Shown here: piece by piece, positions 7,756 to 14,651 of the stretch
Numbering within the stretch: position 1 is the stretch's first letter
Layout of the letters: each line of letters opens with the position of its first letter
Origin: Candidatus Thalassarchaeaceae archaeon
GTDB lineage: Archaea; Thermoplasmatota; Poseidoniia; Poseidoniales; Thalassarchaeaceae
Reading direction: 5' to 3'
Assembly (NCBI GenBank): GCA_030747675.1
Contig: JASLKH010000013.1
Location: forward strand, 1-17,783
DNA: 17,783 nucleotides
Program-made: the position numbers and the translations under genes
The notes under the pieces: model-generated
What the model was told of the DNA's origin: nothing
Databases searched by the model: none
The model's input: the letters and a program-made list of their open reading frames with translations, nothing else

Positions 7756-9216
7756 ATGGCTGATGATGGGCGGTTGCGAATTGCCTATGTCCACGACTCC
7801 CCATTACATGGGATATTGCCAACATCATATCGTGATCCCAAGAAATTGTTTGAATTGGGATTTACAGATGTTGTTGTTGCAGATCAAATGAGCGGTTGTC
7901 TTGGAGCAGCTTTAGAAGGCGCTCCTGAGAACTCATTTTCGGAATTAAATGCAAAAGTTCAGCAGGCTAAAGATGCAGGCTTAGCGGTTTGGTTGATGGA
8001 TGACATCTTCACTTTACCACGCAATTGTGATGCTGGTTGTCCAGGAAGAGATGACACTTGGGAAATTACCGCTCAAGCGATTCGTGATACCCTTGAGGAA
8101 ATACCGGAGGTGCGAGGTTTAGTGATGCGTTTCGGTGAAACATTTGATAGCCCGGACGACTGGGTGAAACGAGTTGACATGTTACAATGTGACTGCATTG
8201 GTTGTGCATCTTTGGATGGAATTGAACGCCGTCGGAAAGTGGTTGAAATGTTGGAAAATGTAGTTTGTCGTGAAATGGGTAAACGCTGTATCCTCAGGCT
8301 CTGGGATATTGGTGAATCTGGCATACATGCTGATCGTTTTTTACAGGGTAAAGTACTTTCAAAATGGTCTGGAGACCCCCGTTTCATGGTTTCAGTGAAA
8401 CATACAATCACTGATTATTGGCGCCACCAATCTTGGAATCCAAGTATTGCTGATCCAGGACCTCCCCGTTTGGTTGAGTTTCAATGTGAAAGGGAATATG
8501 AGTTTATTGGAATGGTTCCAAATTGGCAAGGTCCTGAATGGAGTCAAGGTGCAAATGAGTGTGGAGAATTTGGCACTAGAGGTTTGTCAAATGTGCGGCC
8601 AGAAGATTGGGCTGGGATGTGGATTATTCCTCTAGGGGGTGGCTGGTCATCTCGGCATGCAACTAGTGAATTGTGGGCTGATATGAATGTCCATACCGCC
8701 CTATCTCTTTGTTCAAATCCCGAGCGAAATCCTGACGAGATTCTCGCAGAATGGATGCAAATTAGAGGATTACCTGATGAGGCTCGTTCGTTATTTGTAA
8801 AAAGTCCAGATTTAATATTGCGATTGAGATATTTGGATGTATGGCGATTAATAAAAAATCAAAGGTGGATGCCAGCAGAAAATTGGTTTAGAGACGATAA
8901 TTTTGTCCCAGGTGCATGTGCAAAAATTGCAAATGAAGTTAGTAAACAAAAAATGAGAGATTTGTTACGGTCGGAGCGTTTACTTGCAACCGCCATGGCT
9001 AGAACTCATCTTCAGGAAGCAGAAGCATTACCACTCTGCGAATACAGCGACTTTATTGTTTCATCTTACAGATGGGCTCTTCAATTTGCAGAATGGACTG
9101 AAATCACTTGGAATCATCTTCTTGATGCAGTCCCATTAACCCGTGATGCCGCGAAACAAATTCTGCTTAGAAGGATGGAATTGGACCCCCTCCCTCCTCT
9201 TAGCGTAATGGATTGA
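7756..9216 (+). CDS. Putative glycoside hydrolase, divergent GH67 (alpha-glucuronidase)-like catalytic barrel
   Basis: Several segments are collinear with the GH67 catalytic domain as recalled: IPEVRGLVMRFGE vs IPDFGGFLVKANSE; CILRLW vs VMWRAF; VSVKHTITDY vs VQIKNGPIDF; VEFQCEREY vs MELQITQEY; NVHTALSLCSNP...EILAEW vs NWYAFGRLAWDP...IADEW. No signal peptide. ATG 7756 lies 2 nt after the kinase stop. CDS is certain, product is tentative. Confidence 0.6.
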   Translation: MADDGRLRIAYVHDSPLHGILPTSYRDPKKLFELGFTDVVVADQMSGCLGAALEGAPENSFSELNAKVQQAKDAGLAVWLMDDIFTLPRNCDAGCPGRDDTWEITAQAIRDTLEEIPEVRGLVMRFGETFDSPDDWVKRVDMLQCDCIGCASLDGIERRRKVVEMLENVVCREMGKRCILRLWDIGESGIHADRFLQGKVLSKWSGDPRFMVSVKHTITDYWRHQSWNPSIADPGPPRLVEFQCEREYEFIGMVPNWQGPEWSQGANECGEFGTRGLSNVRPEDWAGMWIIPLGGGWSSRHATSELWADMNVHTALSLCSNPERNPDEILAEWMQIRGLPDEARSLFVKSPDLILRLRYLDVWRLIKNQRWMPAENWFRDDNFVPGACAKIANEVSKQKMRDLLRSERLLATAMARTHLQEAEALPLCEYSDFIVSSYRWALQFAEWTEITWNHLLDAVPLTRDAAKQILLRRMELDPLPPLSVMD

Positions 9217-9245
9217 CCTATTTGTCCCATCCTCATCCGGTGTGC

Positions 9246-10124
9246 ATGGAGGCTGCCTTGTTTGCACGTTTGTGGGAGGAAATTGATTTTGATGATCATC
9301 CTCTGAACGGTGGCCATGATTCATCTCCTGAAGGTGAATTAGTTGTATCAGAAGGTGAAGGCTGGATTCGTTTAGAGGATTCAAGATTAAGCGTATCATT
9401 GGGTTGTAAAACAGATGCGACCTCATCACATATGTGGGCCTCGAATAGTGTGAAAGTTAACCAAGGCCCAGGCCGTCTTGGAGTGCATCGTTGGTCATTT
9501 TCACCAAATGAATTGAATCATGAATTATATCATTGGTTGGCAGGGAAGATAGGTGAACCCGGAGTAATAGAGGGGGACTCTGTTGACGTTGAGCGTATTT
9601 TACTCGGTGAATTACGTGTTATTCTTGAACCAATTCTTAGTGATTGGACTTGGCATCTAGAAATAGACAACAAACCTGACAGAATGGGTTGGTATATTCG
9701 GGCACCTAGTAAATGGTGTAGCCTTTTCACAATATTTGTTGGCCTTGATATGAATTCAAAAAATAGCCAAAAGGGATTTTTATTGTTTGAGAGAGCGCCA
9801 CCAGGGGAATTGGATCGACCAGATGAAAAGGAGGCCAACCAATTGGATGGTCTACGTACTGTTGCTTTATGCAATGCATCGAGAGGTGCCCTTTCATTGC
9901 TGGCAGGAGATATGCATTGGGCCTCAACTCCTCGCGCATATCCCTTACCAGATTTGCCTGGTTCAGTTCATCTATGGCCACCTTCAATGGGCCGCTGGCC
10001 GCTTCTACATGCCAAATCTGATGAAGGGGCGAATATTTGTGAATGGGCTTACGAATTAGTTCAAGCATTACTGCCTTCAATTTCAACATTGAATACTAAA
10101 ATCAAAGGACTTAGTTGGCATTGA
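9246..10124 (+). CDS. Hypothetical protein (Trp-rich, soluble)
   Basis: About 292-aa ORF with no recognised motif. An alternative TTG start at 9213 overlaps the upstream stop (TTGA). The 3' end overlaps the convergent kinase gene by 14 nt. Confidence 0.75.
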   Translation: MEAALFARLWEEIDFDDHPLNGGHDSSPEGELVVSEGEGWIRLEDSRLSVSLGCKTDATSSHMWASNSVKVNQGPGRLGVHRWSFSPNELNHELYHWLAGKIGEPGVIEGDSVDVERILLGELRVILEPILSDWTWHLEIDNKPDRMGWYIRAPSKWCSLFTIFVGLDMNSKNSQKGFLLFERAPPGELDRPDEKEANQLDGLRTVALCNASRGALSLLAGDMHWASTPRAYPLPDLPGSVHLWPPSMGRWPLLHAKSDEGANICEWAYELVQALLPSISTLNTKIKGLSWH

Positions 10125-10974
10125 CGACTAATCCTTCGTCATCGAAATCCCATTCGATAATTTCCCAATTCGCATTCTCGCATGCTTCCTTCACAATATC
10201 CTGCCGGCCATGACCTGCTAAGAGGGCAACACACCCACCTCCACCTGCTCCCAACGCTTTCCAACCTGCAACGTCTCCACTAGCACACAAAGGGTCTACA
10301 ATTGAGCGGAAAGGTGCGTGAAGAGCAGGGTCTAGTGCATCAACTCCATTGCATACATCTTGCAAGGCTTCAATGACAAAATTTCTACGGTCCTGATCTA
10401 ATCCTTTAGCCATTTTTCTAGCAGCCAATCGAATGGTCATTAATCCATCAATAACTTCTTGCTCACCATCAGCATATCTTTTCCAAATCCTATCGTGTAA
10501 TTCACCACTCACATGGGGGATTCCACTATTTGCGACAACGAGATGTTTTTGCAACCAAAAACGGGCACTCCGTGGTGGTTCAAATGGAAGCGGTTCAACA
10601 TTGTCGCCAATAAACATCAGATGGTTGAATCCACCATTTTTTGCGGCCCATTGATCCTGACGTCCCCCCGTATTTCCAAGCAGTGCTTCAAATTGATATG
10701 CAAGTTCTTCCGCATTTTCCTGACCCTTGATAGCAGCCATTAATGCGACATTGATTGCACCTGTTGTTCCTAATCCAGATCCTACAGGGGCATCACACGA
10801 ATAGGTGACATTCAATTTTTCATTGCCATCAATTGTCAGTTTTGCCCTAGCGTAGATGTTGATGGCACAATTCACCACTTCACCTCCCACGTCATGTGTG
10901 TACGGTGGAACGTCAGTCCAACCTCCTGCGAGGTCCAATCGAACAGGCGCCCTTGCCTCAATTTCCCTTGCCAT
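10111..10974 (-). CDS. Compact GHMP sugar kinase, L-fucokinase/HddA-like
   Basis: RAPVRLDLAGGWTDVPPY...GGEVVNCAI (GGWTD is fucokinase/Fkp-like), PVGSGLGTTGA ATP loop, GGRQDQ, VHxSG-like HVSGELH and WKALGAGGGG. SD-like GAGGGGT lies just upstream of ATG 10974. Confidence 0.85.
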   Translation of the reverse strand: MAREIEARAPVRLDLAGGWTDVPPYTHDVGGEVVNCAINIYARAKLTIDGNEKLNVTYSCDAPVGSGLGTTGAINVALMAAIKGQENAEELAYQFEALLGNTGGRQDQWAAKNGGFNHLMFIGDNVEPLPFEPPRSARFWLQKHLVVANSGIPHVSGELHDRIWKRYADGEQEVIDGLMTIRLAARKMAKGLDQDRRNFVIEALQDVCNGVDALDPALHAPFRSIVDPLCASGDVAGWKALGAGGGGCVALLAGHGRQDIVKEACENANWEIIEWDFDDEGLVVNAN

Positions 10975-10998
10975 GTTTCGACCCCTCGACAATTAGGT

Positions 10999-13900
10999 TT
11001 AGTTGAATCGCCAAGTTGCTATTGCTTTAGGATTCAATTTTGCAGGCCACCCCGATTTAGAAATACGCGGTTTGGTGGTTGCATTTTCTAACAAATCACA
11101 TCCACGAACATTGAACAGTGGTAGATCAGTCTCTATTCGACCTTCCCACACTTCGCTAGTTGGGTTGTATAGTCTGACGATAGTACCATTACCATCAGCA
11201 GCTGGCTTGACACAGGCGATGATAGGCATTGGACCAGTCCCTACCAATCGAACCGGTTGTAAGCGCTTTCCACCTTTTCCTGGGGTACAGATTTCATCAA
11301 ATTCTCCATCTAATTGCGGTTTTGGAAGAGCATTTTGTACATTGGCATCACAAGCAAATGATTCTGCAACTTGGTGTATTTCAGATTCGACCCAAGTGTC
11401 ATCATAAGCCATTATTGCCCACCGAGTCCACTGGGATCCCTTGCATTGTGCCCCTGGTGCTTCAAACACGGGTCCTGCTCGATTTCTTCTACTAGCAAAC
11501 CCATCCAAACTGAGATGACCAGTAGCGCGGAGCAAAGTGATTGCTAGTGTGGTTCCAGACTCACCAGTCATTGCTTCATATTCATTTGATCCTGGACAGA
11601 ATATGGCGACACCTCCATCCTTTTCTTCTGCGATTAATACATCTGAAAAGTGGTGTGTTGGTACATGTGGTTGCTGCCAATCTGCGTGGTGTGGCCAATT
11701 TGCTGGCCGCTCAAGAATATCAAATGCCCCTCCTGCAAAGACAGTTTTCGTATCGCATCCAGTTGGGATATGCATTCTTAGGCGATGATCTTCACTCGAA
11801 TTATTCACCCATGTTTCAACTTCAATCATACTGTGTCCACTTCGCATTGTAATGTAATGGTCAATTGTATTCCATTCCATTTCTTCACTACGCTTTTGAG
11901 TTCCTCTATCAAAGCGAGCTGGTAATGCCCATGCAACATGTAGTCTCACCGTAGCAGTCCAATCATCCTGATTTTCTATTGTCAAATACACTTGTCGGTT
12001 CGCCTCATCAACATCTGCAATTCTGCAATCAGTAGCCTCAACTCGTTCAGCCATTTTTTCTCCTTTACCTGCTGCTTGAGGTACAGGATGTCCGGCTGCA
12101 GACCAATCATAACTATCGCCAGCATCTTCTGAATCTTCTAAACGACCCGCTCCAATGATGTGCCGACCAGTTGAATGATCTAGTATGTCAAAGCGACCAT
12201 CGGCCCTGAACAAAACGCGAACTCGTCCATTATCCATCCAATCAGTTCGTCCAAACTCTCCACCAAGCCTTACGGGCTCTCCGGGTAAATTGTGTGACCC
12301 TCTGCCAGGTAGAGCATGGGCAACTGAAAGCCCAGGTGGGAGCCGGTGGACATGAATACGTCCCACAATACGGGGAAGTTCAACATTAGCCACACGGTCG
12401 TAATGCACATGTAAATCCCATGATTTTGGTTGGATTGACAACCCTTCCGTGTGGATTAAACAATCTCCTGCTGCAGCAGCCATGACAATTTTTACAGGGA
12501 GACCGTGATCTAACCAACAACGGAATTTTGGAACTGCGATATCAATCATGAGAGTCCCCGACCATGCTTTCGCCAATGGATTGTGGAAGAGCAGCGGGAC
12601 TGCATCACGATCTTCGTTGGATAAATCCATTTGTTCCCTCAATTCAAGGCGCACATCATCTTCTAACATAACGGCAACTTGCTGAGCATGTTTGAACCGA
12701 ACTTCCATGTCATCATGTGTTTCATCAACACTGCAACCACAAATGTCATCATGAGGGTGATTACGAAGAACTTCTCTCCATGCTAAATCCAATCTATCAC
12801 CACGGAACCTTCCACCATTTGCGCAAGAAATTGATGATAATTGTTCGACTCGATCTTTCAGCAATCTCATTGTGTGATCATTTGCACGTTTGAGATATAG
12901 GCGAGCACTGAATACTCCTGATAGAACATTCATTGACCACCCTGAGTGCAATTCACCTTGGTACTTGAATACCTTTGATTTCCCTAACCATTCCCGTAGG
13001 GCTTCAATATATGCCGGGAATGACGAATGTTGGAATTTTATTTTTCCATTAAATCGTTGACTTGCTTTACCAATTAACATTGGCAAAGTTGGCTGGGGAT
13101 GCGTGTGGTCACTCCCTTGACCGAATAGTAGAACTTCAGGCTTCCATCCAATTTCTTCGTGGCGATTTAGCAATCGTTCCATTCTACCCATGGCAGTTTC
13201 GACATCGACATCAAGCGAGTCTTTTCGATCCAATGGCCTTTCTTCAAAGCCCCAAGCCATTAAGCAAGGATAATCTGGAACTTGTTGAACTGCGAGAACT
13301 TTGGTCTTCCCATCACTGGCATACCAGTTGAATACGCCCCCTGCTTCTTGTATCCAAGGTCCTGCTCCACGAGTGTAAATGAATGAATCAAGTCCAGAAC
13401 CCTTGAGGATTGCAGGTAGTTGTGCTACATGACCAAACGGATCTGGAACATAACCCACTTCTGATCGACCACCCCATCTTTCAGCAGTACGATGACCCAT
13501 TAGCAAGTTACGAACTAGCGCTTCTCCTCCGACAATATATTCGTCAGGAAGTACATACCATGGGCCAATATTCAATCGCCCTTTTTTGATTAATTTTTGA
13601 ATCCGTCCAGCATTTTCTGGTCTTACTTCTAGATAATCCTCGAGTAAAACAGTTTGTCCATCTAATTCGTAGGAGGGGTATGCTTTGGCATTATTTTCCA
13701 TGATGTCAAGTAAATCATCAATGAATTCAATCAAGCGATATCTGTATTTTTGGAATGGAAGGTACCAAGCCCTATCCCAGTGTGTATGAGGAACTATGTG
13801 CCCAATCAAGGGCGCATCTTTGAGACGCCCAGTTTTAGCAACTGAGAGTTTTGGATATCGAGATCCATCAGCGACTTCTTTTGGCAGTGGTTCTATTTCA

Positions 13901-14598
13901 GGTAAGTCTTCGATTTCTTCTTCAATTACTTCCCATTTCTCGTCAGTATCTGATTTCACTACTTCTTCAATGATATTTTCACTACTTTCTGTAACTTTGG
14001 AAGTCTCTTCGTTTGCTTCTTGTGCAGCTAATTCTTCTGCATCTACAATATTTTCTTCCTGTCCGGTGATTTTGGCCACTGCATCGTCGAAGAGGGTACT
14101 TTCATCATCCCTTCTAGGGATATCAGTGACCAGTTCTTCTTGGACTGGGTTGGGCGGGCCTCTGACAGGTGGACCCTTTCTTGTCGGAGGCCCTCTGGAA
14201 GGTGGCCCCTTTCTTACTGGGGGCCCTTTAGCAGGTGCTTCAGTAGAAGTTTCAGTAGGTCTTTCAGAAGTGTCTTCTGAAGGTGGTTCTGGTATTTCTT
14301 CATCATCCTCTTCTTCATCTAATATTTCCTCAGTAGTAGAATTTAGGTCAGATGAAAGTCTACTCGGTGGCCCAGAGGGTGGTCTCCCAGATGGCCCAGA
14401 TGGCGGTCCACTCGGTGGCCCAGATGGTGGTCCCCCTGATGGCCCAGATGGCGGGCCACTCGGCGGTCCAGAAGGTGGCCTTTTAGTGGGGGGTCCTCGA
14501 CTAGGAGGCCCACGGCTAGGAGGTCCGCGCTTCGACGGCGCAGTCTCTTTTTCAGAGACATCATCTTCCTCTTCATTCGGTGGTCCAGCGGGTGGCAT
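10999..14598 (-). CDS. GH38 alpha-mannosidase (MngB/mannosylglycerate-hydrolase-like) with ~260-aa Pro-rich, charged disordered N-terminal extension
   Basis: HIVPHTHWDRAWY (Zn ligands), LDGQTVLLEDYL, IGPWYVLPDE, GYVPDPFGH (nucleophile), GSDH and HPHDDICGCSVDETH, followed by GH38 C-terminal beta domains. No signal peptide. Confidence 0.92.
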   Translation of the reverse strand: MPPAGPPNEEEDDVSEKETAPSKRGPPSRGPPSRGPPTKRPPSGPPSGPPSGPSGGPPSGPPSGPPSGPSGRPPSGPPSRLSSDLNSTTEEILDEEEDDEEIPEPPSEDTSERPTETSTEAPAKGPPVRKGPPSRGPPTRKGPPVRGPPNPVQEELVTDIPRRDDESTLFDDAVAKITGQEENIVDAEELAAQEANEETSKVTESSENIIEEVVKSDTDEKWEVIEEEIEDLPEIEPLPKEVADGSRYPKLSVAKTGRLKDAPLIGHIVPHTHWDRAWYLPFQKYRYRLIEFIDDLLDIMENNAKAYPSYELDGQTVLLEDYLEVRPENAGRIQKLIKKGRLNIGPWYVLPDEYIVGGEALVRNLLMGHRTAERWGGRSEVGYVPDPFGHVAQLPAILKGSGLDSFIYTRGAGPWIQEAGGVFNWYASDGKTKVLAVQQVPDYPCLMAWGFEERPLDRKDSLDVDVETAMGRMERLLNRHEEIGWKPEVLLFGQGSDHTHPQPTLPMLIGKASQRFNGKIKFQHSSFPAYIEALREWLGKSKVFKYQGELHSGWSMNVLSGVFSARLYLKRANDHTMRLLKDRVEQLSSISCANGGRFRGDRLDLAWREVLRNHPHDDICGCSVDETHDDMEVRFKHAQQVAVMLEDDVRLELREQMDLSNEDRDAVPLLFHNPLAKAWSGTLMIDIAVPKFRCWLDHGLPVKIVMAAAAGDCLIHTEGLSIQPKSWDLHVHYDRVANVELPRIVGRIHVHRLPPGLSVAHALPGRGSHNLPGEPVRLGGEFGRTDWMDNGRVRVLFRADGRFDILDHSTGRHIIGAGRLEDSEDAGDSYDWSAAGHPVPQAAGKGEKMAERVEATDCRIADVDEANRQVYLTIENQDDWTATVRLHVAWALPARFDRGTQKRSEEMEWNTIDHYITMRSGHSMIEVETWVNNSSEDHRLRMHIPTGCDTKTVFAGGAFDILERPANWPHHADWQQPHVPTHHFSDVLIAEEKDGGVAIFCPGSNEYEAMTGESGTTLAITLLRATGHLSLDGFASRRNRAGPVFEAPGAQCKGSQWTRWAIMAYDDTWVESEIHQVAESFACDANVQNALPKPQLDGEFDEICTPGKGGKRLQPVRLVGTGPMPIIACVKPAADGNGTIVRLYNPTSEVWEGRIETDLPLFNVRGCDLLENATTKPRISKSGWPAKLNPKAIATWRFN
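14149..14229 (-). repeat. Coding repeat cluster (K/R)GPP: KGPPVRKGPPSRGPPTRKGPPVRGPP
   Basis: Five GPP units in the translation of the GH38 N-terminal extension; boundaries approximate. Confidence 0.8.
14359..14529 (-). repeat. Coding tandem repeat: RGPPS x3 followed by a 48-nt (16-aa) unit PPSGPPSGPPSGPSG(G/R) x2.5
   Basis: Units at 14478-14431, 14430-14383 and a partial unit at 14382-14359. They differ mostly at synonymous positions, and the AGT Ser codon is always at codon 7 of the unit. Confidence 0.9.
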
Positions 14599-14651
14599 AG
14601 TGCGTCAAGGGCTGCGGCTGCCTATGAAATTGATTCATGAGGGGGTTGCGA

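Noticed and set aside
14359-14529. Possible CRISPR array or collagen-like repeat
   Set aside because: There are no unique spacers, the units are degenerate at codon third positions, and the period is 4-5 aa rather than Gly-X-Y.
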